From: Tricharina praecox
Taxonomy: Eukaryota
Direction of reading: 5' to 3'
Length of the DNA stretch: 64,000 bases
Assembly (NCBI RefSeq): GCF_024521635.1
Contig: NW_026250412.1
Span: forward strand, 1,116,001-1,180,000
Shown: one piece after another, positions 1-12,720 of the stretch
Numbering within the stretch: position 1 is the stretch's first letter
Layout: each line of letters begins with the position of its first letter
The notes under the pieces: generated by a model
Told to the model about the DNA's origin: nothing
Seen by the model: only the letters and a program-made list of their open reading frames with translations
Databases searched by the model: none
Translations under genes and position numbers: made by a program

Positions 1-980
1 CTGGCCACGATGCAAAGAGCATATCCGCAGACGTGGCGCGGAACAGAGCCGTGGAACGCAAGTGGAGGTGGAGGGAGGAGGACGACAGAGCTTGTGGTAA
101 GAGGGACTAGCTACTCGGCGTCCCGGGAGAGAGTGGTGGACCATGGGAAGGTATGGCCCATGGGCTACTGGAGGGTGAAGAGGGGAGGCGCAGCGGAATG
201 CAGTGAACACTCGCTGTGGAACAGAGTGAGCAACTTCAAACCCGTCGTCTTCTTGCAAATGGGTCTACCGGCCAATGGCATGAACTTCGCGTTGCTGATG
301 AGTGATTGCCTAAAGTGAGACACGGCCATGACAAGTGGCTCCAGATCTCGATGCCGATTCGTCAAGTTTCGTATTCCGCCTCTCCGGCGAATAGACAGTA
401 TGTGCACTATGAACGCAGTCAGGACATCTAGGTCGAGCTGGAACACACGTGGCGACAAAAGACAAAATTGCAGATTCACGATATCACACGCGTTATCACC
501 CATCTACACGTCCAAACCGCCACCAACCTTTGTAGGAATCATTCTACCACTCCAAGCCGCACCCGATATATCGACTTTTCGAATATTCGAAATACTCGGG
601 AAACCTCTGCACGCGCAACAGTTCCGCTAGCTCTCGTACACAACTTGCTCCGAATACTTGTGGTGACAGCGTTCAGCGGCGATAAAAGGACTACCAACCG
701 CTTGTCCTTCTACACGGCATCGTGGGTTTAACTTTACTATCTGGGACTGGGACTGTGGGAACGTGGATTGATGGTTGTTAGATTGCCTGTCCTCTGCCGA
801 GATACCCGAACAGAAAGCGAAGTCAGCGAGGGCTGGATATCTTGATACCTTATTCACCTTGTGTCTGCGTGGTATCGAAAGTGGCGATTGCCGAAGCCAC
901 GAGGCGCGGTACGGCGTCAAGCTTTGCGGTTCTTTCTACCTAGATGCGGCCCGAGGAGCTGTAGGAACTAGTGAGTTCCA

Positions 981-1280
981 GTGAGTAACCCACTAGCCGG
1001 TCGGTGGACTTGTGGTGGAAGGCTCTGGCGACATTTGGTCGGTAGCGGGTCGAAGCTCTGTATTTATGTCTCTCTTCCTCCTTCTCTCGTAGCTAGAGCT
1101 CCTAGACACAAACACACCACTTCTCTCATCCTTCCACCCCGTGATCTCCACCACCATCGATCCGTTCATTAGGAGCAAGACAACGCGAAAAGTGCTCCAG
1201 GAATTATCCGAGGCACGGCTTTCGATTTACTCCTCAGTCCATACCCTTCACGGGTGATCCACGACGAATGGCTATTGACC
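981..1280 (+). repeat. Dispersed repeat family C, copy 1 (similar to 14479-14770)
   Basis: gtgagtaacccactagccg...ggtagcgggtcgaag...CT-rich tract...cacggcttt...aatggcta is colinear with gtgagtagtccactagccg...ggtagcgggtccaag...cacggcttt...aatgggcta at 14479 onward. Confidence 0.55.
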
Positions 1281-1492
1281 GACCACTCGCGGGATACCCA
1301 CGTCTTGAGGATATGGATAGAGGAAGATGCTGTAAGCATTTCGCGCAAAAATTCCTTGATTCCCTTTTGCTAACTCGAGGGATAGGCGTCGACGACGCGA
1401 AAAGGATTTCCGTTTCGACGTTTCAGCCTCGGCCCCGGCCATCTTCCACCCCCACTTCGCCTAAGGGCCACCTACAAACCATTATCATAGTG

Positions 1493-3200
1493 ATGATGTT
1501 TGCCGTCGGACATGTCAGTGCTGTCGGATGGGATGACTTCGCCAACAACCTCGGCATCGACTTGGCACCGTTAATCATGCTGTTCGGGGAGCAGGTGACC
1601 AAGCAGTATCTGGGAGACTCGTTTGGCTGGATCGACAACCTGATATTCGCACTGGCGCCTCTGGGCATCATCACCGCGATGGTGGGGGCCGTCCGAGTGG
1701 GAGGGAGGGCCCAAAGTTGCGGTCACTTATCGGTCGAGCGAAAGAAAGTCGTGGTACTGTGGAAGCCGACTTGATGTCCTCTGTATCAACGGACGTGTGC
1801 GAGTTGTGGAACGGTGAAGGCGTTGTCAGGGTTCTTGGGAAACCGGCCCTGCTCCAGCTCATTTATTTTCCGGAAACACATACGCCAACCAGCAAGGCCG
1901 AGCTCTATACATTACCGGAAGCGATTGAAAAGGGCATTTACATCCGTAAATCCCCGGAAGACGACAATCTCCTCGAGTTTGCGCTTGGGCCAACCGCGAA
2001 CGATGCTCCAAACCTCGGGTTAAATGTTAGTCTGAAACGTCTCGACCAATCCATCCTGTGGGGGCTTGCGATCATCGGAATTGTCCTACAATTAGGGGTC
2101 TTGATATATTCCAAAGTCGTCCAGGGCCGATTTCCAGTATCAGCGACAAACCAGAAAACCGCAGACCACGCTTTCCCTCTCTATGTCGTTGGAACGGTAT
2201 CCCTTGCAGTAGGCTAGCCGCGCACGAGTTTTCATGACATTCGTTGCTGTGCTCGACGACGTTTCGGAGAACCGAGGGGCTTGTGGTGCGGCCGGAGGAG
2301 CTTCCAGTGGGGACGGAGGAGCTTGCAGTGCGGCCAGAGGAGCGAAATAGCTATCCTTGCTCAGACCAGTCGACACGGTCCAGCTATCGCAGTTTCCAAG
2401 CCTCTTCGCGAGCCAATCCAACTCTTTTCCAGTCTCTCGTTTGGTATTTTTGATTTCGTTGGATCTGTCCCGCCGAATATGTGCGCATGCGCGGACAGCA
2501 GTCACGATCAACGTGGCTCCTAGCTGTGCCACGATAACTGATGGATGCAATGCACGCAGCCCCACGAATTGAAGGACAAATCCAAAAAATGCAGTTCCAA
2601 CGGCAACGTTCACCAGATATGTTAGCGGTTTTTCCAATTTTCGCGACGTCGTGATATCGGCGCTCTCCCGAATTCGTGCGAATGGCTCGAACAGCTGATC
2701 GGCGACTGTTTGCCCGCCCTGTTGAAGCCAGATGACACTGGCAACCTGGGAACTTGTGAGGCCCCATGTGGCTTCGGTGGTGCTCGTTTCGATGACATAG
2801 GCGCATAGGAACATGCCAAGCTTGCTCGCGATTGGAACCTTGAGATCCGAGGCGTGGTCCATCAATTGAAGGAGGCAACTGAAAGGACGATGCAAGAGGT
2901 TCATAATACGATGACCCGGGACCATGATCTACAAGAGTCCCCAAAGTTCGACTGGGTGTTGAAAGTTCTAGTGGGCACCAAAGAGCCGAGCGAGGAATTA
3001 ACCAGCCTTCAACTCTCCCGGACGAAAGACGAAGATGGTGATTGGAGCGCCTGGTGAATCGAGGAAAGCGAGTTGGAAGCTATTCTTTGTTTTTGGAGTT
3101 CTTCTGTCACCGATGACACTCCCACCGAGAAACATACACGGTTATTAGGACGGGCTACTCCTAGCGCAAAACTGATGTATGTGAGGAAGGAGGAGCGAAT
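1493..3200 (+). pseudogene. Disrupted multi-pass membrane protein of the fungal 'DDF.NNL..DLAPL..LFGE' family (usually fused to ankyrin repeats); paralogue of 37163-41156
   Basis: Motifs GWDDFANNLGIDLAPLIMLFGEQVTKQ and SSVSTDVCELWNGEGVVRVLG align with the 37 kb paralogue. Lesions: frameshift at ~1703-1710, inversion of 2215-2814, in-frame TGA at 3055-3057, truncation before any ankyrin repeats. Confidence 0.85.
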
Positions 3201-3574
3201 GCAGGCGCAGGTCCCAGGGAAGGCCGTTGACGAGGGGGTTATTTCCGAACGGGGATGTTAGCATAGAATTATCTTGTGGCGTTTCCTTATCTTTTGTTGT
3301 GTGGCAATGCGAGTGCGTGGGTTTCTTTCTTTGTCCGGGTTTTGCGATACGGGCTTCCACATCGTTTATCGCAATGAATTCATGATGGGTCTACGTACGG
3401 CTCTTGCTGTGGGTTTTTGTTCTTTTGGGATGTGGCATTACATTTGTGTAGGTATCGCCATGCTTCCGTCAGAGATATTTGGACCGGTAATTTGCGTTCC
3501 GTGATGTTCTGCTGGCCCTCTGTCGACAGGATGGCCGATTGGGGCATTACCTTATTGTATCTGTGGAACAGAGA

Positions 3575-3919
3575 CCGTGAGATGGAAGAATCATCAAAAC
3601 GCTCCAATCTGGCTGGCGACACTTCGTCGTAGCTGTTCTTGTCCAGCGCGGAGCACCCACCACTTTATGTTTTTCGAAGTGAAGTATCCAGCACGAAAAA
3701 ACCCCCGCGTGGTCTAGTGGTCAACTACCTAGGCCATGCAATCGGCGAGAGGAGTCGAGGAAAGCTCTGGGCTCAACCCAGGGTGAAAGCCTCTGCTCTT
3801 GGGGTTTCCAAACCACCCACCGGGGTGGTGATGGTTTTGTTTTTGTTTTTGGCATGAGGTGAGAGCACAAGATATCACTCGGGTAGTATCACGTGACACC
3901 CCTTGCCCCTTCTGCTGGC
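3575..3919 (+). mobile_element. Repeat family A copy 1 (tRNA-like/SINE-like element)
   Basis: Box-A-like TGGTCTAGTGG at 3710-3720, CCACCC-N4-GGGTGG hairpin, T-rich run and ATCACTCGG...CACGTGAC end. Colinear with the other copies in the window. Confidence 0.8.
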
Positions 3920-6900
3920 TGTGGAGAAGAGAAGAGAAAGTACGAGTACTGACCGCCACAATATCTTCTGTTTGAAGTACCATAGCTTGCGGATTAGCCC
4001 CTGCCACCAGGCGGTACGTCGCTGGCAGCTGAATTTGCTGGCAGAGCAAATGTATTCTCGTTCATCACTTGCACCTCCACTTTCACCACTCACACCCGAG
4101 CCGGTATCTAGTCCTGTTTCTTTTACGTTGCCGCCGTACATCGCACACGGCTACGAATTACATTCTCATGTACATACCTACCTACGCCAGCGTTCTCGGA
4201 ACTTCATTGGATTTTTCCCATGCGCCGAAGGCTTAGCTCTTCGCGTCGTCGATCGAGGATACCTACCCGTCCACTGTCGACTGCCAGTCTCGAAAAAACA
4301 CGGTCCCTGTGTACAGAAGCACTATATACTAGGGGCGCAACTCGCCATGCTCAGACTGGACTATGGGTGCATATGTACATACTCACAGACTCACAGTACT
4401 CTAGTGACAGCCCTTAGCCTGGCAGCCGGGCTCAGCCTTCAGGGTAATCCCCGACCGTTCCTTCCGTGCGTTCCTTCCGTGTAGAGGCAAACGCTACCTG
4501 TTATATACTACATAGGGAGCTACCGGTCGGCGCAGGTGTCGTGTACATAAGTACAGGGCGGGAAGGGTTAACAACTTGGCATGGTGGATGCCGGACGGGA
4601 GTTAAAAGTTTGCGAATTGCTGGTCGGGCCCTCGGGGTGCTCTGTACAGTGCATGTGTTACTACTGATACATGGCAAGACCGGAGGTAACCTATGCTCCG
4701 CGAAGCCATTTCCCATTCTCATTCCCATTCTCAACTCCACCGCGACGTGCCGTGACGTCTGCATGCAAATCGATTGAGAGTTCAAAGCCGTTTTTTCCCG
4801 AGCTCTCAGCTCACCCTTCAAACTCCCATGTACTTCCAGCACGTCGATATAGGTATGTTCGTACTCTACATAACATACCTGGCATGGGATTCTAGTCAAC
4901 ACCGTGAGCAAGCACGCACCCTCACTCGCCCGACCGCGCCGCGTGGCGTCGCGTCCGAAAATCGGCGAGCACGCAACTGGCCAGCTGGCACGGACTTCAG
5001 GGTCCGCCCGGCCCCGGCCCCTATCCCTACCCCGAGCCCGAGCCCGGACTGCGGGGCGGGGATTAGTCCGTGTCCGGTGCCCCAGCCCCAGCGCGGCCCA
5101 CCCCAGCCCCAGCCCCAGCACCAGCGGCCCAGCCCCAGCCTCGAAGGTTCGAAGTTCGAAGTCCGAGTTTCGAAGTTGGAACTTCGAACCAAGAAATCTC
5201 TGCTAGGCTGGATGCTAGACCGACGCCAGAACGATGCTAGACCGCTGCTAGACCGCTGCTAACGACGGTAGCTGGGGGATCGACATCCAAGCGCGCCCAC
5301 GGGCCTGTTCCGTTCCGTGGACTAACATAAGCTACGATATCCACTGGTGCAAGTGATAGGCACGATAGAGAGCAGCAGAGAAGGCTGGTTTTCGCGCGCG
5401 TGCTATGTAAAGCTAAAGGACGGGAGGGAGGGAGGGAGGCTGGCCGCAGATGTTGGCCGCAGATGTTGGGGCGGACGGGTCTCGTCCCGTCTCTCGTGTT
5501 GTCTCGTCTTCTTTGTCGCTGCATAGCCGAGACGTCCACGTCGACGCGAAAGGAATGCAAGAGAGCATGAATGCAGGAGGAGCAGGAGGGTGGTTCGCGG
5601 TGGTTGGTGGTGCGAGGAAAAGGGGTCCGCCCATCTCCCCCGCCCCCCCGTCCGCCCGTCCCCCCGTGCCCCGTCCCCCGTCCCCCGTCCCCGCTCGCCG
5701 CGAGCGAGCGGCGGCTCGCATGGAACCCACTGAACCCACTCACTGTGACGGCGCATGCAGGCTCCAGAGTGACAGCTCGTGCTTCCGACAAGGCTAGCGG
5801 CCGAATGCGCTGCATGGACGTGTGCGATGCACATCACGGTGCGAGGTATGCATCCACCATGTGATAATCGCAGGGCGGATGCGAGTCTCGTTCAACAACG
5901 ACGGCGAAAACAACGATGCTGCCTGTCCGCCGTGATCATCTAGCAGACTGGCACGGCCAACGAGATCGAATGGAATCGGCCGATGGTAGCCGCGAAACCA
6001 TGAAACCTCCGCGACCAATACGGTAGATAGGTGCTCTGCCTGGGGTAAGTACAGCCTTTGACAGTGCGCACTGCGGGGCAAGGCACAGGTGACATGCAAA
6101 CAATAGGCCCACACTCGCCGCGTTGGAAGTTGCAACTCCTCTCCCCTCCTCTCCTCTCGTGAGTCTCCTCTCGTGATACCAGTTTACCCGCCCCAATTAC
6201 CCGCCCCCTGAGGGGAGCCCTGGCGCCGTGCGCCTCTGCGGAGTCCTGTACGCCGCCGCAGGCCCCGGCAGGCCCCGCAGCCCCCTTCTCCCGTTCTCTT
6301 CTCGGTAGCGACTGGGTGATGCTGGGTGCCTGCCTGCCTGCCTTACCCGTGCTCGACCTTCGATCGAAGTCATCCAATCCTGTCGCCGGCGTACCTTAAC
6401 TCTCATATGTAACTGCCTTGCAGATGGATGTGTTCAGATGCGTACTCTAGATGTGTCAGCTCGTTCGGGCGCGGGCAACCGACGCCGAACACGACGCCGG
6501 ATCACACGATGTTGTGTTTTGTTCCACAGTAACTACCGGTACCCAGAGTACATAACTTTTGTTTTCGCAGCCGGCGGGCTGAGCAATAGAGTTTCGGAGG
6601 TTTTACTTCCGTCACGGTGGGTGGGGATGAGCGGTTATTCCCGAGCGTGAAGAAAAATGAGAAAAATTTCTCGGTCGCTCGTTTGCTTCCGCGCGCCGCC
6701 ACCGACGAAAACCTCCAGCGTCTGAGGAAATATCTATGCAGATTGAAGTCAAGTAAAGTATCTAGAGTACCAACTAGCAGAAAGTAGGCAGTGGGGTAAA
6801 ATTTTCGATGCTTCTCGCCTTCTTGGGTTTCCATTCTTCGTCATCTAGAGTATCAAGAGCAGCAGTAGTCCGCATGCGCGCATGACGGTATCGCCGCCAC

Positions 6901-7010
6901 TGACGAAGCCATCCACCGAGACCAGCGACGGACGGGAAAGATACGGGGAAAGGAGCGGAGCGAAGTGAAGTGAAGTGAAGTAGCGAGGTGGAGTCGCACA
7001 ACGGCCGTTC

Positions 7011-7095
7011 CTTCTCTGCTTCTCTGCTTCTCTGCTTCTCTGCTTCTCTGCTTCCTTTTTTCTTTTCTTTTGTTCTTCTTCTGCTTCTTCTTCAT
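7011..7095. repeat. (CTTCTCTG)n and CT-rich microsatellite
   Basis: Direct inspection. Confidence 0.85.
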
Positions 7096-7268
7096 CTATC
7101 CCGCATGCGCGCATGAAGATATCGGGCATGAAGATATCGAGCATGGAGATACATACCGTAGATACCATACAGTCCCTATCGGCGGTTGACGCTGTGTCCC
7201 CACCTGCAATCCCGACGACGGAAATACCCTCTCCGCCTCGTTCGTTCGTTCCGGTTCCTGCGCTGTAT

Positions 7269-7361
7269 CACCACCACCACCACCAGCACCACCACCACCA
7301 CCACCAGCAGCACCACCACCACCACCAGCAGCACCACCACCACCACCACCACCACCAGCAC
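7269..7361. repeat. (CAC)n/(CAG) trinucleotide microsatellite
   Basis: Direct inspection; it produces spurious poly-H/T/G/V ORFs. Confidence 0.9.
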
Positions 7362-8409
7362 TAGATACATCGAATATAGTACCACGAAACAAAAAAAGAA
7401 GTCCAGAGTCGTCGGTACATGCTCTCGTTTCCTAGTGGCTGAGTTGTCACTCTCAAGTAGTTTCGAGCATCTTCCTTAGCATGGAATGCCGGTACAGAGC
7501 GCGCCGCATAGTTCGCACAGTTCGCATACATAGCATTATCGTCGTCGCCGCTGATATGTGCTCATGTGCTCAAAGTTCGAGAAGGAAGGAAGCTGAGCTC
7601 CGTCTGATGTGTGTACTACATATGGAGAGAGGGGAGGGGCAAAATAGAAAGAGAAAGTGTCGCCTCCGTCATCCCGCATCTCTTTCTAGATGTGTGTGTG
7701 TGTGTGTGGTGGGCGCCTGTGTGCGTGGTGGGCGCCTGTGTGTGTGGTGTGAATGTGTTTTCGACATCGACCCGACGCAGCGGGACTAGGGACTCATGTA
7801 TGTAGAGTAGGGATGATCGATCGGCAGGGGACGGAGACGGGGAATGGGACGGGGACCGGGACGGGGAACAACAAAAGACGAGACAGACGAGACGAACGCG
7901 CACGACAACAGCTGTCGCGAGCGGACATCGTGACATTCCCGGAATCGGAAAACCTCACGAGACGCGACGGGTCTGGGGGATTTCCACGATAGGGGCCGTG
8001 GTGGGGGCGGTAAGGCACGGACAGGATCTGGCCCTCGCCGTTCGCCATTCGGCTCAACGGCTGCGCACGCGGCAAAATTCTAAAACTGACACCTGGCCCG
8101 TCCGTGACCCCCCGAGACGTGAAGATACATATGCATATCTCATGACGACACGGTCAACGCCGGAACGACCACGCTGCTCGTAGGCAACTGCCTGTCGCGA
8201 GTGAGTGCATAACCGCCACCTGCTCGGCGATAACTGACCGACCGGCCTCGAAAAACACGAGAGTCTCGTTCCGCCGGCTCCAGCACTTGCCTTGTCTAGC
8301 TCCTCCTCGCGGACCAGACGAGGGCAGGCTTCGGATTGCGGCCGCCCGGTGCTACGGAGTAGACTAGTGGCAGATTCATAGGCGATTCCTTTAGTCCCTG
8401 CGCAAACCC

Positions 8410-8458
8410 GGGGGGAGGGGGGGGGGAGGGGGGAGGGGGGAGGGGGGGGGGGGAGGGG
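8410..8458 (+). repeat. Poly-G tract with single A interruptions (G-quadruplex-capable)
   Basis: Multiple runs of 4 or more G, ~450 bp upstream of the F-box/ankyrin gene. Confidence 0.8.
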
Positions 8459-8908
8459 TCCAAACATCCGTGCCCTTCCTTCCGTTGAAGCTTCCTTTTT
8501 TTCTTTCTTTCTTTCTTCCACCTTGAGATGGCGCCAGATCTGGGCCGGCCGAAACGGTGCCGCCTCGCCTCTCGATTTTTTTCTCGGCAGGGCACGACAG
8601 GGCTCGACGGAGTATGGGGATGCGGAGGTGGTTGGTGGTGGTGGTTGGTGAGCTCGACATGTCGTGGCCTGTGCTTTGCTGAGGTCTGAACGTTTATAAC
8701 GGCGGGGCGCCGTCCACCTCGGAATGCACATTCACTTCCATCACGCCGCACATCTTTCGCACTTCAACGACAAAGAGTCCAACATCAATACTATTACTAC
8801 ACAGCACTCCGCAGTATCTACAAAGCTGCACGGACAATCAACAAGACTCGATACGCAACAAAGAACAAGACACTACACCACATACACAAACACACAAACA
8901 ACATCGCC

Positions 8909-9838
8909 ATGCTCCTCTCCCTCCCCCTCGAGCTCGTGCTTCTGGTGCTGGAGAACCTCGACCTCCCCTCCCTCGCCGACTTCCTCTCGATCTCCCCCAG
9001 CCTGACCGCCTCCATCACCGCCATCGCACCCAGCCTAGTGACCAAGCAGCCGACACTGCTACACCTCGCCGCCTCCCGCAACCACCCCGCGCTCCTCTCG
9101 CACCTCCTCACCTTGCTCCCGGCAACCACCCTAGACAGCCGCAAGCACACGCCCCTCTACCGCGCGGCCGAATCCGGCGCGCTGGCGACCCTCCAGCTGC
9201 TCCTCTCCCGGGGCACTGTCGAGCCCGTCCGCCGCTTCGCCTCAGAGACTCCCCTGACCGTCGCCGCGCGACGCGGACACCTCAGTGCCGTCTCTTTGCT
9301 CCTGCCCACCTCCGCGGCCTCCATCGGCAAAGCGCTCATCGCGGCCTCCGGCGCAGGACAGACCTCCGTCGCCTCGCTCCTGCTGTCTCCCACGCCCCCT
9401 CACAGCGTCCTCAGCAGCGCCCTGTGCGCCGCGGCGGCCGCAGGCTCACACGAGATCCTATCACTCCTCCAGTCCGCGGGCGCGAAGCCGGGGACTGCGG
9501 ACGCAGACGGCAGCACGCCGCTGCACCATGCGGCGCGCGCGGGGCGCACGGAGATTGTCGCCCTGCTGCTGTGGGGGCAGAATGTTAAGCTCGATGCGCA
9601 GGACGCGCATGGCTGGACGCCGCTGCATTGGGCCACTTTTGCGGGGTTTGAGGACGTGAAGGAGATGCTGGTCGTCGCGGGCGCGGATGTGGAGGTGGTT
9701 AATGATGATGGTGTGCCCGCGGGGGGGTGGCCGGTTGAGCAGCAGGTGGAGGTGGTGGAGGGGAATGTGGGCACGGAGGCGGTGGTGACGGAGGGGCGCG
9801 CGGTCGAGCAGGCGTGGGTGGTTGCGGTTTCGGCATAA
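8909..9838 (+). CDS. F-box-like N-terminus plus ankyrin repeat protein (309 aa)
   Basis: Starts with LLSLPLELVLLVLENLDLPSLADF (F-box pattern), followed by TLLHLAA, TPLYRAAESG, TPLTVAARRGH, TPLHHAARAG and TPLHWATFAG ankyrin motifs. Intronless, with GC3-biased codons. Confidence 0.9.
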   Translation: MLLSLPLELVLLVLENLDLPSLADFLSISPSLTASITAIAPSLVTKQPTLLHLAASRNHPALLSHLLTLLPATTLDSRKHTPLYRAAESGALATLQLLLSRGTVEPVRRFASETPLTVAARRGHLSAVSLLLPTSAASIGKALIAASGAGQTSVASLLLSPTPPHSVLSSALCAAAAAGSHEILSLLQSAGAKPGTADADGSTPLHHAARAGRTEIVALLLWGQNVKLDAQDAHGWTPLHWATFAGFEDVKEMLVVAGADVEVVNDDGVPAGGWPVEQQVEVVEGNVGTEAVVTEGRAVEQAWVVAVSA

Positions 9839-10140
9839 TGGCTTAGAGATGGGTTTTGTTTTTCGTACTTTGTGCTAGATATTCCTTTTGCTTGTTTCAC
9901 CGCGGGAGTTGGGGCGCGATCCGATCGATAGATAGATAGACAGATGCTTTGTCTGAGCGATGATGCCTTGGTTCATCCACGATAGTTACTACATAACACC
10001 TAGAATACTGAGAATACCGAGGGTACCAATCTTGAGTGCATACTGCTTCACAGTACAAACTATCCGATAATAGTTCCACCTATTGGTAACTTGCAACTTG
10101 CGACATCGCAATTCAATGCCTCGCAACGTCATCTGTGACA

Positions 10141-10217
10141 CCACTCCACTCCTCTCCACTCCTCTCCACTCCTCTCCACTCCTCTCCACTCCTCTCCACC
10201 CACCTCCACCACCACCA
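10141..10217. repeat. (CCTCTCCACT)n minisatellite
   Basis: Direct inspection. Confidence 0.85.
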
Positions 10218-12021
10218 CTGTCAACTCTGCTGTGCAGCGGCTGTACGCGCATGTATGCAGATCTGTATCCACCCACCCAACCCCCCCACCGATGCGCCGT
10301 TGCGACGGTTGCGCACCTACCGATCCAATGATTTCCAATGGTTCCAGGGACCAGATTCCACGCGTCGAGCAGTCGCATCGCGCAGCTTCGCATCGCGTGC
10401 CTACATAGGTAGCAGATACCAGAACTGCCAACGTCAACGTCAACGTCAACGTCAACGGATAGTTAGAGTACCCGCAGGCGATGGCGATGGCGATGGCGAC
10501 CGGTCGGTCGACGAGTGTCGTACCGGAATAGCAGTTGGTGGGCACAAGTTACAAGTCACAAGTCTCGCCACACAAGTCTCGCGAGTCGTGAGCAAAGTCG
10601 TGAGTCGCCGGCAAAGTCGCGAGTCGCGAGCAAAGTCGTGAGTCGCGTCGCCACTCACGTCGCGCCAGCAAAGCCGTGAGTCGCCACCGACGTCGCGAAG
10701 TCGCGCAGTCGCGACTCGCGAGAACACACAACAAAAAAAAGAAATGAAAAAAAAAGAGAAACCCTGAAAGATCCAAGGGGAAAAAGAAGAAAAAAAAGGA
10801 AAGGAAAAAAAAAGAAAGAAAGAAGAGGAAAGAACAGGTGGTCTCCGTGCCGACGCCGGCGCCGGCCCGGTCTGACGGCCGGGCGGGCGGGTGGGCTGGC
10901 CCGGTTAAATCCTCGAAAGTTGAGATTAGCCGGCGCCGGCTGACATCCGAGTGAGATCTGTGAGATCTGTGAGATCTGCGAGGTTTGTGGGATCTGTGAG
11001 TGAGATCTGCGAGTGTGAGGTGATACGGGCACCTGATTAATACTCTGCTGAATGGGTAATCGGCTGGGTGATCGGCTTGCGGGAGTGGAGCTTTTCTGTT
11101 TTACTGCTGGTGAGGGACAGGTGCTTTCGCCGGTGTGCGGCGGACCGTGTAGAGTAACGCAGTGACAACTCCTACATCGCGTCGCGGGAGTGAGCGCGGC
11201 GGAAGGGAATTGGAGTGGGAATGGGAGTGTCCAATGTTGAGAACGTTGGCGGCGAGCGAGGGGAGGGCGTATGTATCAGTACTCTGCGTTTCAACCAGAG
11301 GCTGTGGCTCTGTGCGCCGTCGGGACGTTGGGCGTGGATTGAAAACTGGAACTGGAATCTTGCTTCCCGTATGGCGTCACTGGCGCAACTGGCGTTCTGG
11401 CTTTTTTGCGAACTCGGGAGATGTGGGTTCTCCCGCTGTCACGGTTTGAATCAATCGGTATGGCTGCAAGAAGCGCGATTCCTTCCTCGTTCGTGGGTCG
11501 TGGGTCGTGGGTCGGGGAAACGCGTCTTGGATCTTGGATCTGGGGGGTGGAGCTCGCACGGCGGATAGATGCGCACGAGAAGCATAAGCCCCGATTCGGG
11601 GGATGAGGGATCTTTTTTTTTGCGAGTGATAGATAACTTATAACTCGCGCTTGAACCGCTGGTGCTGGTGGATGAGCGTGATTACTTATGATTGCAGCTC
11701 AGTCGATTCGATAACTACCGTAATGCTCTTTGGAGTTTGGGCTGGAAAACCGTCCGTTGCGCAAGCTGAGTGATCACTTTCATCTAGCCATGAGCGAGCG
11801 GAATATCTGCTGGCTTGACACCGGAAGCATTGGCTGCCGCGTAGCCCAGGAATTTCCGCCTTGACAAGGGTAGGGTGTCAAGAGCCAGTATGTCGCCGGA
11901 AGTGTATCCCTATTTGGCGGCGAGTCGCGTAGGGACTTGTGGCAGTGACCAATCGACATACTACTCCACCGATCACTGAGGATATCATGGCCGGGTCTCT
12001 CCTCTTCTTTTCCCACGAGGT

Positions 12022-12720
12022 TCTTTTTTTTGGTTCATTCATTGATTGCGTGCGACCTATCTAGATCAAGGCAATATCATCTACACGTGCCCCCCCCGTG
12101 CACCCCGCACCCGTACTCGCTCTCGCTCCCGCGCCCTCGAGTCGTCCCACCTCCACCGCAACTTTCTAGTCCGCTATTCTGCGTCGCTGAGCTCCTCAGC
12201 TTCGGCACCCCCTCCTCCTCCTCGAGTCGCCTCAGCTCCGCTCTCTCTTCCCGCTCCCTGAGCTCCCACTCGGATTCCTCACTTACTGCATCTTCCTCAT
12301 CGGCTTCTGGCATTCGTCTGCCCACATCGGTGGTGGAGAGGAACTCTAGAATGGCCTTGCTGCATCGCTCGTCTGCGAAGAGGTCCCGGAGTTTGAAGCG
12401 GTCTTTGCCCCTCCTTGTCTGCTTCCGGACTTCTGCCCAGAGAGTCTTTTGCTGACTTTTCCATTCAGGGGAATTTCTGAAGAGGTGCTCCCGAGTCTGT
12501 GTCTTGTAGCGGCACCAGCCGCAGCGGGCATCCGGGCGGCTCTTGGTCCACTGGAGGTACTGGTCGGCGAGGCAGTGTCCTGTCTTGAGTTGGTAAACTC
12601 TCGAGGCGAGGCGCTTGGGGGCCATCTCCGGATTTGGGTCAGGACGCTGGCCGGATTTCCGACTGTACCGGTACTTCTTATGAGTGATTCGGTTGTCCGC
12701 CCATATTTTCCCACGAGGAG
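12022..12720 (-). mobile_element. 5'-truncated non-LTR retrotransposon (LINE, Tad1-like) 3' end: ORF2 C-terminal zinc-binding region, 3' UTR and A tail
   Basis: YQLKTGHCL...CGWCRYKTQTREHLFRNSPEW...LFADERCSKAILEFLSTTDVGR. Ends tctagataggtcgcacgcaatcaatgaatgaaccaaaaaaaa. Confidence 0.85.

Noticed and set aside
10-920. Short ORFs at the window start (e.g. 165-503 minus)
   Set aside because: No recognisable motif and fragmented in all frames. They may be a decayed gene but cannot be supported.
2140-2925. 261-aa minus-strand ORF as an independent antisense gene
   Set aside because: It is the inverted middle of the plus-strand gene.
5141-5190. TTCGAA array as a heat-shock element
   Set aside because: Spacing (GAAgTTC, TTCGAA) does not fit the nGAAnnTTCn consensus.
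7096-7479. Poly-His/Gly/Thr/Val ORFs
   Set aside because: By-products of a CAC/CAG microsatellite, open in several frames.
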